NCBI GenBank assembly: GCA_951406725.2
Contig: OX597818.1
Coordinates: 6,944,001 to 7,008,000, forward strand
Length of the DNA stretch: 64,000 nt
DNA from: Octopus vulgaris
Lineage: Eukaryota
Direction: 5' to 3'
Part shown: piece by piece, positions 25,595 through 41,100 of the stretch
How positions within the stretch are numbered: the first letter of the stretch is position 1
Layout: every line of letters starts with the position of its first letter
Made by a program: the position numbers and the translations under genes
The notes under the pieces: generated by a model
What the model was told of the DNA's origin: nothing
Database searches by the model: none
The model's input: only the letters and a program-made list of their open reading frames with translations

Positions 25595-26665
25595 TATCCA
25601 CACTGCCCTTGCCCAGGCACGATCTGTGGGCCATACCTCTGCTCTTTCTCCTCATACCCAGCCTATACTTACCAGTCTCCCGTTTCCCCTCACCTACTAC
25701 CCCTTCAGCCTGCCCCGCCAATACATCATTCTCCAAGCCTTCCGGCGACTCCAGTCCGATCGCTCCACCGGTCATTCGCTACAACCTCTGTCTGTGATTG
25801 GACTGTCTCTGCACACAGGCCACCCGGACTCCCGTCTTCGCTGTGAACAGGAATTAATCTTCTCTCTTCGTTCCTTTGCATCACCTTGGCTCAACACATC
25901 TCTACCCTTCATCTGACACCAATCTCAACCCCTCTCTTCATTTGGCACCAATCCCACATGGGTCCCACTCACCTCCCATACTCTGCACACCCACATGCCA
26001 CAAACCTTGGTAACCTCACCCACATGCACCACTATACCCACACCTATACACCCTGTTTAACTCATCAATCACGCCACACACCGTTAGTCGCACACCCACA
26101 ACACCGTCCCACACACTTCTCAGCATACACACAACGCATCAACATACCCCCACACAATCTTCAATAGCGTCACCACACATACCACTATATGAGCAACATC
26201 ACACATTGTTTAACTCAGTACACACACCACACACTATCATGCACACTCCCACATCTACACAAGCACATAATACCAGAACGCATCCGATGTATATACATTC
26301 ACACAAACGCATCATGCATAAATACACGGAACAAACACAAAGATAACTTTCACCCACATACATACACTATACACACACATACACATATCACGTGAAAAAG
26401 CACACATCAGCTGCAACATACACACATGTTACATGCGCACGCACACACACGCATACACAGACACACATGTCAAACTCATTCGCCTCTATTCGTACATACA
26501 TATTCACAGACGCCATTCTCACATACTTACGCTTACGACATCCACTTGCTGGGATCACGATGAATTATCTCCCCTTCATTCAAGCTCTCTATTATTATCT
26601 CCCATTCATTCAACCTCTTTTCTTCCATTCATCACTATGTTCCACCACTGAACTCAACACATTTT

Positions 26666-26727
<62 letters not shown>

Positions 26728-26870
26728 TTATTTCATCTTATTCCCTTATGTCGGAGAGCGTAGATTCGAAACCTGAAAGACTTTTCCATTTTTCCCGAGC
26801 GTGAATCTAATACACTTGCTTGTTGTTTCTACGCCTATCTTCGTCTTTGTTTTTCTATAAATTTGAACTG
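25595..26870 (+). mobile_element. Neptune-type Penelope remnant ending in a pLTR with a degenerate minimal hammerhead
   Basis: LPFPLTYYPFSLPRQYIILQAFRRLQSD resembles the PLVLTYHP linker. A CA-rich stretch follows, then gtcggaga-gcgtagattc-GAAAC-ctgaaagac at about 26749-26781. A related copy lies on the minus strand at about 55850-55925. Confidence 0.65.
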
Positions 26871-26964
26871 TGTATGTGTGTATTCATGCATTTATATATA
26901 TGATTCAAAATCAATTTCTCTCAATGTGTATGTATATACATATATGTGTGTAAATGTACGTATG

Positions 26965-27029
<65 letters not shown>

Positions 27030-28369
27030 CATCCATACAAACATGAATGCATTCTTCCAGTCATGCATACATAAATACATAATAACATGTACACACATGT
27101 ACACCACACTCACATACACACACAATCATGAATATATAAAAAATGCAATGATTTCAAACCTTATCTCCAAATTTAAATAAGAACGATAACTTCGGCTTCA
27201 ATTATTAATCTGAAATAACTTATCAGTGTTATTCACGTTCACATCTTTTGCTTCACTCACCTTAACCCTCAGTATATACATTTCAAAATGGGTTTAGCCC
27301 CAGCACAAATCAATATCTTCTCGTATACTAAGTATATTCAATCAATATTTGGATGTTTAACAAATGTAATTGCTATGAATCGACTCGCTTTGTTTACTTC
27401 ATGGCATTTGTGATAATTTCGTTATGAATAAGTGAAATCACGCCAGAACACACTCTTCTGCTATTGTCCAATTGAAATTGATCGAAGTTTACGGTTCATT
27501 CAAATTAATCCGTAAATTCTCTAATATACTCTCTCTCTCTCACTCTCTCTTTCCTTCTCTTTCTGTAACACACACATACGCACAAATATTACGTACACGT
27601 AAACACATACACTCACATGTACAATTAAATATTACAAAGCTTCGCTGTGGAAGGGCGAACAAATAAATGTAATACCATTCTTTTTATGCTATGGGTGTAC
27701 GAAAAAATAGAGGGTAGCTTTGACAGATAACACAGACGACTTACCAGAGCATTCAACTACCAGTGAGAATAACAATAAAAGAGGTTATCTTGTTGGTGGG
27801 TAGCTTACTTTGTATATTTTTAACTTTACTGACTTGAAGTTAAGCTATATATAATTTTTATGTAAAAAGCATACCTCAGGAGAAAAAATAAAAGTTTGAA
27901 TATTACAAAGACTAGCCGAAAGGGAGAAAGGATCGAAATATACTGGCGAAATATATACGTTGCTGATGTCCAGAAAAGAGAGGTAGAGTGTCTCTCTATG
28001 AACAGATTTCCAGTTTGTTGATCAATCCTAGGCGAAGATGTACCTATTTTCTTCCCCAATAAAGAAGCTCTGTGCGCAAATCGATGTATCCACCAAAGTG
28101 CTAACCTGATTTATGACAGGTTTCAAAAGGACTAAAATCATTTGGCATTCCCATAAGAAGCTTGCATAAGGAAGATCCTAAAATGTAGTAATAGTAGTAT
28201 GGATACTTATGTGCAGATAACTTCCGGTATGCCATAGCTCCCCTATTTGTTTGCTTAGCTCAGGAAAATCTAGTACGTTCGGTTGGACATAATTATTGAG
28301 TAACATTTGTTAGTTATGCAACCTGTTATTAGTGAAAATAAGAATCAACCGTAGAAAAGCGGCCGCTGA

Positions 28370-28685
28370 ATTTAGGAGGGGAACAGTGTGACTTGAAGAT
28401 GACCCAAGGTCTAGACGTCCTGCAACTGATACAAACGAGGAAAACATTGATCGTGTTCACCACATGGTGATGGATGACAAGTAATTGATTATAAATTAAA
28501 TAGCTGATAACCTGTGACAGAATTGCAAATACTCTTCACAATGAACTAAGCATGAAGAATTCTGCACGGTAGGTGCCACGTCTTCTGACACCTGATCAAA
28601 AGTTCATCAGGCTAATTACATCACGGGAAAAACTGACACTGTTTGACACAGATCCAGCTCGTTTTTTTCAACGATTCAAGAGTGA
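28370..28685 (+). mobile_element. Mariner transposase fragment (pseudogenised)
   Basis: AAEFRRG..LEDDPRSRRPAT..NEENIDRVHHMVMDD..LHNELSMK..SAR*VPRLLTPDQK, covering the HTH and WVPRLL motifs. Confidence 0.85.
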
Positions 28686-30199
28686 ACATTCAATTAAGTA
28701 GATAATATACTGAATAACTAGATGAAGACTAATCAAAGCTAACCACGATGTTTCACTATATCTTAAACCGGGTCAGTTTACTTTGAACCGTCTCACACCG
28801 TATAGCTATAAATTGTTACTTTGACAAATCATATTCTTGCTGCAAATAATAGTTTCATCGCATGATTATTTAAAATAAGGAGGGAGAAAGTTATGTACTC
28901 GTTTGAACTTGAGAAATAACATTTAAATCGTATCACGCATCAATCATAATCATTTAAAAAAAAACAGAGATTAAATAATGGTATTCTGGGTGCATATTAC
29001 ATGCATTAAGATGAAGTGATGATGGATTTAAATTTCTGGAAATAATTTCATAAAGATTAAACAACGACAACAACTAAATTTCGTTAGGGTGCACCTGAAT
29101 TTTGCTGTGCGATGTAGATGAAATTCTGACACGACCAGAATAAACTTCATAAATGTGAACTATACAAAACATACTAACCTACAACGTTGAAAAATTTACC
29201 ACTGTATTTTAACGGTATCTATTTATCAATATTGGTCGTTTGGTTTAAGTGGATGGAACTAGAGCTCACAACTAAATGAAACAAAAGCATACAGTGAGCG
29301 CAATCCATTTACACCTGCATATATCCCGTTAATAATACTGCTGTCTCTTCGTTATTATCTATATAGTCTAGTGTTAACCAAACTGAATTCTCATATAAAT
29401 ACCGAAATTTATCACATTGTGCAGATATCCAAATATATAATTCCAGAAGCTCTAATAAATATTCAAGCTGTAAGTGTCGTGTGTAGATATCCTATTAAAT
29501 TCCTCCATCTTCCCAAAGGGCTGAATGACATTACAAGCTACTCTTCCCTGAAGCAATTGGGTGATAAATATTGATTTCTTCCTAGTAGAATCACATGTAG
29601 AAGAGTAAGGTAGCATGTTCGGGATGAATATGTGAGTTTGTGTACATTATGTGTGTGTGTCTGTGGTTGTGTACACGTGTGTGTCATGAGGAAACCAACG
29701 TGCAATACAGACTTTGACGGTTGTACAACAGTCAATAAAATCATATCTTATATATGAACAGCTAGAATGTGGAATGAAATGCGATATTATGGCGTTAGTA
29801 TGGCTGTAAATATTATTGGCAGCGTAAAGGAACGGATTTCAAATTATTTCAACCAGGAATATGAACTAATAATGTGACAGATTGCCATTATCTAAGATGC
29901 TCCATGGTTGATAAATATTAAGTTTATAATATACTATAAATTATTATACATATATGCATTATAATATTAGTACATCCGGAAGCACATAAATTTACACAAA
30001 TATATAGATAGACCATACGCACATACATTTATAAAACAAAAGAAGATGAAGATATCAAAATAGCATAAGTTCGATGCTGGTTACAATTGTCTCAGTACCC
30101 TTCTTCTTCGAACCGCATTCCATATACATGACTATGTTACACAAGACTTGTATTAATATATTCATTGGGTGCGAAGAGGAAGTTTACTGCTGCTTCGAA

Positions 30200-31900
30200 A
30201 CACAAAAATGAATTAAAATAAAAATGATAATATCAATGATTTTACCAGTAAGGATACAATGGACATTGGTACAACCTTGGACAGTAATTAAACCACAATG
30301 AACAATGATAAAATTGATAGTAGTGACAATATTAGAATCATACCTCTGAGAATTGTTCTTGATCAGATGAATAAATATGACACATTTTCCCATCCTACCC
30401 AGTTCAGATGAAACTAGGACACAATTTGCTGTGATTTTGATTCCATGCTATCAATCGTGTTTTCTTCAGATAATCAAAAGTATTGAAACAACTGTAACCA
30501 GTGCCTCTTTATAAGACGCACAAACATCTTCTAGATTAATGTAATTTTGAGAAGGTATGATCCCTGTGGTGACCCTATATTAAAATTTATGTTTGTAACA
30601 GGATGCAGTACTTATCATAGGCTCATTATAGGTACAGTTGAAAGTTAGAATGAGGTCGCTCTTAGGGCAAACCAACTTCAATAAAACTGAAGGTAGAGAA
30701 TATCATAACATCAGTAGTTCAAACATCGTTTATGAAAACATCTTTGAAATTACTAAATAAAAAATATTTCGCTCATGGTATAGAGAAAAGCTGGGTTTCT
30801 CTAAAAGTGGCTCAGTAAACATCTGCAGCTGACATAACTGGCCATCCAAGTAGATATCTCCAGTATTAGTTTGGTGAAAGTAACACACAAATCATAGTCA
30901 AAATTGACGCTTTATGTTCATATAAACGTTCTCAGTGAGGCAGAAAGTAATAGCTCGGGTGACACAAATCTCTGCTGACACACATTATATAAGAAAGTTT
31001 TTTGACAGGATTCTCGTAGGAGATTTACCCATTCTCACAGCAGATACAAGTGTCACAGAAAGTGAAGCAACGCGAAAAAGTTATGTTGGATACTGTTAAA
31101 ACCTTTCTGAACACAAACAACTGACATATATGGATAATCTACTGATAAACTAGTGCAGATTTTCAACAGATAAATGCGCAAAAATGCCACCGCTTAGTAT
31201 AGATGTCAATCCCACCAAAATCTGTGCTTATAGCAATGAAAACTGTCATTGGAACCGGTACCATTGTCCCTCAAATCGAGGATTCTATAGTCATTCAGCT
31301 GTAAAAAAAAAAAAAAAATTTAGCGGCGGTTCATTTGACAGTCATAAAGGTACTTCCAACTTCTCAGTACATGATATAATACTCCCGAATCGCCTCAGTC
31401 ACATCTTGCCATTAGCAATTCCTTGCTAGGAAACCTGTGTGACATAATCCTATCTATACCTGTTGCTGAAAGAAAAAAAAAATTTAATACGAAGTAACAA
31501 GATATACATCCCACAAATTCTCACTTGTGCATTTCTCCCAATTTGCTTGGCTAAGCTCAAGAACATCTAGAAATATTTAATTGGCCAAATTAACAAAATG
31601 TATGAATGCAGATCGCCAAGAAAGTAACGTTTGGGTCCATTACGCTTTATGAGAATCAGTACGATGAGAGGATTTTACGCAACATATTGAGTGATGTTGT
31701 TACTGCAAGCTGACGCTACCGCGGACAGAAATCTAGCTTAACTTGAAAGGCTCAACTCAGGCAGAAACCAGTGACATGCATATTTTGTTTTGACTGCAGA
31801 GAGATAATAAATCGAATAAATTTCATCATTATCAGTAAATCTTTCTGAACCCAGGACTTTTCCCTAATGCATACTCTGCAATTTTTACGCCCTCTTGTAT
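30200..31900 (-). mobile_element. Ancient CR1/L2-like LINE RT relic
   Basis: Weak minus-strand motifs DIYLD (about 30850) and GSPQGS (about 30560-30578). Confidence 0.35.
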
Positions 31901-33544
31901 ACTGGCTGGCTTTGTCCACATACTTCTAGGTCGCGGAGATATGTTCAGATACATTATTTCTTGTAGTACCCAAATGATAGAGTTTAATATCTTTTGTCGG
32001 ATCATAGAAACATTTGCTATTAGTTATAAGTAATTTACCTTGACATCATCTGACGCTAGTTATAGTTAATTCATATCAAATGTTTAGAGAAGTACGATTA
32101 TGAAGTAAACAATTTCGCGTATTGCAATGGATGTTTCTAGGGGTGGAACTGTTTGAGTGATTATCGTTGATAGAGAAATATTTAAAATAAGGACAATGTT
32201 TCAAATGCAGCAGCAATAAGCTGTTGGAACTTCTGTGGATGTTTATGTGTTGTTGGAAAATGGGGTCTTACTGCAAGTGGCATTCTGCTTTGATGATTGG
32301 TTGCGTATTCTCTTTAATGTTTTCAATCTTAACACTGGATCTTAACAAGTCTCTTTAATTTCTTTTTATTTTTGTTAACAAGTTATTGCACATGAAAACA
32401 ACTCTGCTATAATCTATTTCAAATAGTGCAGGCTAAAACCTATAGATGTTCAATATGCATCATGATTTTAAAACTGAACACTGCTAGCGTATCAGAAACT
32501 ATACATTGACCTGTTGACTACGAAGGTGACGTAATATCCAGCTAGATTTATCATATTTATTTAAACTCGTAGAAAGCAGACACTGATGAAACCCAAGTAC
32601 ACGTCATTTTCTATCCATGAAGATCTAGTATACGAATTGAAGACGATTATATGCAACGTTGGATAAAATCTGTTATATATGCAACAGAACAAAATAGCCT
32701 GAAACAAAATACTACTATAATTAATTATTTTGAGTGGTATATTTATGGTTAATTTTTCGTAGGTATTTCTTTCCTCATTTGAAAAATCCTAACACCAACT
32801 ACCTGCAGAATGGTTCAGCATTTACAGTGATCAACAAAAACTAAAACTGTACGGCGTTGCTGCTTAATTATTTGTCTGTCGTAACTTTAAATTTTGTGAA
32901 TTAAACGAGGACATTCAACGGACTTCAAGTATACATATACGCAAATTCGTACCACAAATTAACTGCTTAAAATTTTCAGGAAATTAGCGCTATCCTGCTT
33001 GTAGTCATGCGCATCTAACAAATTCGGCATTCATAAAAATGCGAAATCACTGGTGATCTGGCTATGCCCCAGATGCTGTAGGGAGCTTGCCTGCCTTATC
33101 AGTCTTAAGATAAGTGCTTTATCATGGCTAAGAGCTGTTTTGCCTCATATTTGTATGTATGTATGTAGAGAGAGAGAGAAAGAGCGAGAGATAAATGCAT
33201 GTGTCTGCATTCATAGAATAAATATCAATTTGCATATATTTCCTTCCAATTTAGAGTATATGAGCAATATCAAATATCAAAGACTGCTTTTCACGAACTT
33301 ATCACGGAAGAGTAAAGAGAGAAAGAGGTGTATTTTGGTGAAAACCATTCAAATATTCTCTGACTCATTTCTTAGTTTACAGAATAAATTGTGGTTTGGA
33401 TTAAACATTTGGTAAATGCAGCCACGCAGTGTTTTCTAACACAAACATTCACGCACAGTCATTTACACAAAAAAGCATACATTCATACATACAAACACAA
33501 ACGTAGATACATGACGGCTGTCAACTCGTTAGATGCACATGACC

Positions 33545-34335
33545 ATCACTGACAAATTGCCGTTTTTGCTTTTTTACTTTCATTTCTTTTTTCAGTGATG
33601 ACGGAACCTACATTGGTTTTGAAAGTTAGCAAGTGACTTGCCTTTTTGCTTCCAGATGCGTTGTTCATTTTCATCTTACAATCATGTGTTACAACAACTT
33701 GATTACCCACTTTCATATTTCTGGTGAGTCCATATCGGTTGGAGAATTCCCTGCCACATAGATCACATAACAGATTAACTGCTGGAAATTGATTGTATTC
33801 AACTTGGAGCATTTCAACGTTTTTGCGTTGGTCACTTTTGACCAACGCAAAAACGTTGGAGAGTCAAACTTGTCCACATTCATCACACTCAATATGTGTG
33901 ACTATTACACCAACAGGTTTTCTTTTCTTGGCTGCTCGATTTAAATCAACCCATTCAAGATTCCCGAAACGTCATTATATAACTGGGTCATTTCTGTGCG
34001 CTAATTACTTCTGTCCAGCACTGAAGAATCCCAGTCAGCTATTTTAATCTAGAACTGAGGGAATCTCTCACAAAATCCTAAGAATACAATTTGGGCTTCA
34101 GCTTTGATCTTGTACAAGATAAAGGATTTGCTTTGGGTTTCTTGTGTCATCTAGTCGAATGAGATGGTTTATTCACTGCAGTCTGTGTTATGGATGTGAG
34201 CTTCAATGTTCAGTATGTCCATATTTTTAAGTATTTCAGAACCAGGCGTATATGTATTCCAATGAACACCTAAAATATTACGAAGGTATCGTTTGGGAGC
34301 TGCCGATAATGCAAGCGTAAAGACGCCTGTACCCT
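33545..34335 (-). mobile_element. RTE-clade LINE 3' end with C2H2-like fingers
   Basis: RYLRNILGVHW..EILKNMDILNIEAHI..HLIRLDDTRNPKQILY, followed by CDECGQ and CDLCGREFSNRYGLTRN. Confidence 0.75.
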
Positions 34336-36341
34336 TTCTGACATGAACAAAGGTTCAACTACAGAACTTGAAAACAACTGAAACAATGTACTCCACCCTA
34401 TAAGCAATACCTACCATGTAATAAAGGGAGCAAGGGATTCTTAAACATTCAAGACATTTAATACTGCAATACTGGGTCTGAAAATGTATGTTGTGCAGAG
34501 TAAAGAAAGAATATTTTCGGCGGGTACAGATACCAAATAGTAACCGAAACAGTCTGTAAATTCAAGAACAACAGAACAAACAAATGGAAAAGTATATTGT
34601 AAGTAAAGATCGTTGTCTCTCGTTAATGGACGAGGACTTGAAATGAGAGACAGAAACACTAATTATAATAGCTCTGGAAGAAGCCCTTAGAACATAGGCA
34701 AAGATCGAAAAAACTCAGTTATGCATTCCATCTTACAGAGGCAACATAGTGTCATAGAAATATAGTACTATTACAAATTAACAACACAGCAAGGAGAAAT
34801 TTCTGAAAGCATGTAAAGTGAAACTGATTAGAATATTAAATGGACATGAAGAAATTATGAACTGTTTCTCTGCAGATAAGGTAAAAATAAAACACACACA
34901 TTAACTTAATAATGAAATTTTTTTGGGGGGGGGGGGGGGACCACGGCCGAAAAAATAAAAAAAAGCAACGTAAAAATATCATTACATGTCCAACAACTTG
35001 CAATATATGAGAGATAAAGCAAAGGATATTGTAAGAAGAACAATGGTTCAAAAGATCTGGAATAAGTACAGAAATATGTAGCCTTATATTACTAATATTA
35101 GGTAGAGGGAATATAATTGTAACGCTTTCACGGGATTAGCTGAAGAGAAAGAGAGCAGAAAGAAAAAGGAGAGAAGAAAAGAGAATAAGGTGATGAGTGA
35201 GACAGGAAGAGGGAGAGAGAAACGTAATATTCATTATGTGCTTAAAAAAGCTTGTTGAAGTTAGAGAAGAGTTAAAAATATAATTTTAGCAGACGGGTGA
35301 TTTCTGATGGTGAGATTAATGAAAGGCAGAGAGTGAGAGAGAGAGAGGAAAGAGAGAGGGGAGAGAATGGAGAGAGAGAGGAAGGAGAGAGGGGAGAGGA
35401 TGGAGAGAGAGAGAGGTGGTGATTGGATAGTGGAAAGTGTGTTTTTTTTAAAATTGAACTGTTTTTATATCACCTATCACTTAACGCATGTGCATAAGAG
35501 CAATTCTGTGAAATATTCACACTTATTAATGTGGTAGAAATATACAATTTAACTAAAGGTTGTATCACATGTATGGGATATGTTTTTCTTTTATTTATGG
35601 GGAAAATGGAAAAATAATAGTGAATATTTATTTTATGATTACTGTGTATTAAGTGTATAAAATTGTGCATAAAGTATATAAAGTGTATATATAAATTGCA
35701 TGAAGTAATCATCATATTCCAATTTCTTTCACTTTTCAATGAGTAGCAGATGAGCAACTATCTTTTCATACTCACACAACACAGGCTAAACTTTCAGGTT
35801 TTTCAGATAAAGTTTTCAGAAATAACCTAATAGGTTTATCATTAATTCAATGAAATATTCATGGGTCCTGCTAGTTATTAATAATAGAATTACAAATTTC
35901 AAATCAGTATAATTTCATATCAATTTATTTTGAGATTTTGAAAAAACATAATATATCCAGTCAATTTTCTGAAGATAATACTTTAAAAAATCAAACATCC
36001 ATACTCTGATCAATAACATTATATTTCTAACACATAATTTGCTTGAATGAACTTCAAACAGGTCTACATTTATGAATAAAAATAAAGTATGTTGTGAAAT
36101 AAAAGTAAATATTATGGGACGATGTATAATTCTAAATGGGCCAATGAATTTAGAAGTACCACTTTTGTCAAGAAGTGTAAGTTTATTGAAACATCACACA
36201 TCGGTAGAGGTCAATATGAAAACAATATGCATGTGTGTATGTATGTATGTATGTATGTATGTATGTATGTATGTATGTATGTATGTATGTATGTATGTAT
36301 ATATGTATGTATGTAGGTACATAGATAGGTAGGTGTGTAGG

Positions 36342-36438
<97 letters not shown>

Positions 36439-37375
36439 GTGTGTGTGCACACAAAGAAGTTAGAATAAATGTGAAATAGTTAGAGAATATGAGAGTTCAA
36501 GAACTTCTCATCTCAGTGAACATTTGCAATTCTTAATATATTTCCAAGATAAGATGTTTATTATTGTTGTCTTTATCAAAATTGTTGAACCTATTTTTTA
36601 TTAGTTTTCATGCTGTTACTGCTGAGTTCAATATCATTGTGATTTTGTTTCATGTTTCTAAGTTTAACATTTTTCTAAATACCACTGTGAAAGAAACTAT
36701 TGAATTCTACTATCTTGATTTGAATGCCAAAGACAAGTGTCAGGGTTATATTACAAGCAGTCTGTCAAAAAGGTTAAATAAAATCACAAGGCAACCTACC
36801 CCTGAAAGGAAATGTCATCCATCAATGTTCAGCTTTCTTTTAAAGGGAAGACAGTGACGTTTTGTGAGGGAGGGAATCTTCAATCTAATTGTTATTTTTC
36901 TGTTAAATGCAGTAATAAATTTGTTTGTTGCTAAAAGTAAATCTACCAACATTAAAACCTCTTTAAAATTGCCAAATTTATGCTGCTTATTGAAATTAAA
37001 TTCTGATTTCTAACATAAGATTACTTTCAGATCATCTGTCACAAATAGGCATATTTTGTTCATGATTATTGTTTATGCTCTTTCTTAGTCAAAACCAGTT
37101 ATAGTTCTTCAGACTGGTGGAATTAACCCTCATGTAACAGAATTCTTTTAATATAAGTTTTTAAAATCTTGTCGCACTGTGTACAAACCCCACACTAAAA
37201 GCTTCAAGTGTTACAGTTTCCTTGAATAGACAAATATGATAGAATAGTCATGTCTGAAACAAAGAACGAAGGCCCACACCTAAAAAAAATTCATATATAT
37301 TGCATAGTACTATTGTACCTTTAGAAATCAAGGCAGATACAGAAGACTAGCTTTTTGGATCAACTCTGCTCACAA

Positions 37376-37417
<42 letters not shown>

Positions 37418-37418
37418 G

Positions 37419-37500
<82 letters not shown>

Positions 37501-37501
37501 C

Positions 37502-37574
<73 letters not shown>

Positions 37575-37883
37575 TGCATATCATTGTTATCTTAAACTGT
37601 GGTATGTCCAAATTTGATCAAATGCATTTTTTTTCAATATTTATATTTGCTCGCAATAGTACGTTCTTTTGGTCAAACTATCATATCTTCAGCTGCTTCA
37701 GATGCCAAGATATCAAAATTGTCAAAGCGTAGTACAACGGATTTGCTATGGAATGGTGAAACTATTTTCCCGTTTTCTGAAATAGCAATGTTTTGAACTT
37801 TTAACAGTTTTGCATAATATTAACAATATATATATATATGTTTGTATGTATATATATATATGTTTATGCATATTTTATCCTGC

Positions 37884-38055
37884 TCATCGTTTTTTAATAT
37901 CTGGTCTCCATGCTCACGTGGGTTGGATTCCTTGACAAGGCACTGGCTAGCAGGGAGCTATTTCAACCCCAACTGTCTGTTGTGGCATGGTTTCTATGAC
38001 TGGATGCCCTTCCTAATGTCAACTGTTTAACAGGGTATGCCGGGTGCTTTTCAAA
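37884..38055 (-). mobile_element. Octopus SINE with (GAT)n-type tail; sister copies at about 38899-39075, 39445-39490, 41852-42160, 46738-46920 and 57665-57800
   Basis: Shared ccatgct..gttggac..ggcatggtttcta..gctggatgcccttcctaa..gtgcttt. Confidence 0.8.
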
Positions 38056-38140
38056 TGTCACTATCATGGGTCAGATAACACTGCACTGGGAATTTTTGAG
38101 TGGCACTATCACCTGAAAGGACAATATATACATATGTAAT

Positions 38141-38179
<39 letters not shown>

Positions 38180-41100
38180 AAGTGTGTGTGATTTATATAT
38201 ATATATATATGCATACACACACTTGGCAAACACTATCTTTGAAATAGTGTTTTGCATTGATTTGATATCATTGTATATATATTCCTTAGTGTGTATGTCT
38301 AAGTATCGATATGGCATAAAGGTGGGAGCAGTGTTGAATGACGAGCAGCTTGTGTTGAGTCTCTGAAGACATTTGTTTCACACTTTAGGTGTTGTTTAAG
38401 GGAAATGAGGTCGCTATTGAAAGTAGTGCTCTGTATATTACCAAAGTACAATGCAATTATTACTGAAAATATTTATTGTGAAAGCAACTATTGTTATCTA
38501 ATACCTTAGATTATTCCTGATATTTTAGTACATCCATGAGGTACATTTGTTTTATTGGAAAATCCTCTCAGGTTGTTATCTCTGAAAGTCTGGTATCTCC
38601 ATAATGGTTGTTATGGATCTGTATTGTTTTTCTTTATGTTACTAGATAAATACTTATTTGCCAGCTGAAATTATTAATGAATATAAATGAAGTAATTCTA
38701 GTTTTGAAAGAAACTGTTTAATTGATATAATGTAAAATTTAATGGAGTTAAAGTAAAAGAAATATATGTACCTGTATGAATATTTGTTTTCAGATATTTT
38801 TGTCTTTCATTGGGGTGGATATTTTAAGAAAGTTATTGCATAAGTGCAATTTCACTGTTATGTAACTTGTCCTTCCTCTATTTAAGTCATAATCACTGTC
38901 ATTATTTAACATCGAGTTTTCATGTTGCCGAGGTTGGACAGTTTGACAGGGGCTGGCAAGATAGAAGACTATGCCAATCTTCAATGTCTGTTTTGGCATG
39001 GCTTATACATTTGGATACTCTTCCTAATCCCCAACACTTTACAGTGTGTATCAAGTGCTTTTACTGTAACACTAGTACAGTGGAATAGTTTCTTTGGCTA
39101 GACTGTACAGAGTCCACAGGGTGCTTTTAGCTTGGTACCAGCATCAGCTTTTTGGCACATACATTTTACATAGCATCATCCCCAGTTAGTCTCCAAGTAA
39201 CTTTCAAGATCAAAACTTCGTAAGTGGGGGAGAGGTTATAGTATATTAGAGGAATAGAGATGTCTTGCTGTGAAGGAGATACATGGTAACCCAGTTAAGA
39301 AAATGAGGCTAGAAAGAGAGAGAGGGTTAGAGTGGAAGACAGGGAGACATGGCTATTTCATGTGAGGATGGGAGATAAAGAGAAATGGAAGTGGAATTGA
39401 TTCTACTGGGGAGGCGGGAATGTCCCAAACAGTGGGTATATGCTCATTATCATCATCATCATTTAACATACACCTTCCACGCTGGCACATGTGCATATTC
39501 TGCTTTCAGGTGGTTACTGCAGTAGCATAAACAGAACTGGTGAGTGTTGGAGGTTGTACAGGACCTGGTATATAAAAGCATACCAATGTGGTTTTAAGAT
39601 ATAATTTCTGCTATGGAATTCTGCTATGATGGATGGGTCTTCTCGAGCATGGCAAAAGTGTTAGTTGAATTTTGCATTCTTTCTATTGGAAAAAGAAGAC
39701 TTATCCATTATAGTTGATTATAATCTGAATTGTTTCTTGTTCATTTCAGCCTATGAGTATTTGTCCTGCATCTGTGAATATTTATATATTTGTATGATTA
39801 AAGGCTGGCAAAATTTCCTTTCTTTAAGGGAAAGGTAGAGTGTAAGAGACTTAATGAAAAGGGAGCCTATTTACAGTAATGATAAATCAATGAGAATTGA
39901 ATATGTTCTAATTTTAATGAATACTGTGTAGATTTCATGGACTATTTTCGTTAAAAATGTGAATGGATTAATGTGTAAACATTGTTGCTATAAATGATGC
40001 ACAATCATTTGTTAGTTATGTGTCACTTCTAAAATATGAAATAGAACAAATTCAAAGGAATTACTTTTCCAGTGGATTGACTGAAATAAAGGAAATAAAT
40101 GTACCAGAAGCAGCAATAAATATCAGGAAATTAGTTTGTTCCTTTTATCTATTTAGGACCGTGTTGTTATCGTTAGGATGTATAAGACATCTTCAGCTTC
40201 AATGTTTCTCTAAGTTGATTGCATATTGTGTTGTTCTTGCATACTAATTGAAAACAATTATTAATTGGCAAAAGTAAGTTTTAAAATTGAATTTAAAAAT
40301 TGGACAGAAGTAATCAATAACAAATGAAAGAGCAAGGAAGAGAAATGTAAGCAGGAAAATAACATTGAGGCATAACAGAAAGAGTGAGATTTACTTTATT
40401 GAAGTCTATTTGCAAAGAACTGTTTGGTTCAGTATTGTAAATCCTGCAAAGATTATTTTGGTTGTCTATGCAATGTAATTTTTAAATGTTTGTGACTTTC
40501 TATTCTGGATTGTTTAGAAGAATATGCTGTCCAAGTGACTGGAAACAAACAAGTCATATTTATCTGAATTATAAATGTTGTTAGCGTTTGTTGTTTTCCA
40601 TTTTTCCCAAACTGATATTTGGTTTATATATTATGATGAATTTCTGATTTCACTGATGGTCTTGTGTAGTGTTGATATCATTGCAGGGCGGTGTAGTTAC
40701 TGTATCATCCAATATTTATTTTGATGTATAATTTGGTTATACCTTTGTGAGGACAATAAATGAAGAATAGGAGACATTGTGGATATAAACAGAAAAGCAG
40801 AAAAATTAACTTTATGAATGCAATTGTCTGTTCTTCTATGCCAACATTGTAAAGTCATTTAGGAGAATTATATATATTTGCTGATGCCTATGACTGTAAT
40901 CTGTATCAATATGATAATTGTTTAAAGAGAACAAATGGAAAAGTCATTTAATAAATAGTTGTCTTAGGTTGTACTAGTAATTTGATTTATATGCTATGTG
41001 ATATCCTTACCTGTGACTTGCTGTTGATGTACTATAATTTGGTTTTTGATTATTGGGCAATACTTGAAAGTAAAAAGGCGAATGCGCAAATGTAGTGGGT

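Noticed and set aside
39510-39545. 30-nt plus-strand micro-exon (ttcAG...GTGAGT)
   Set aside because: It lies within or next to SINE-derived sequence and has no partner coding exons.
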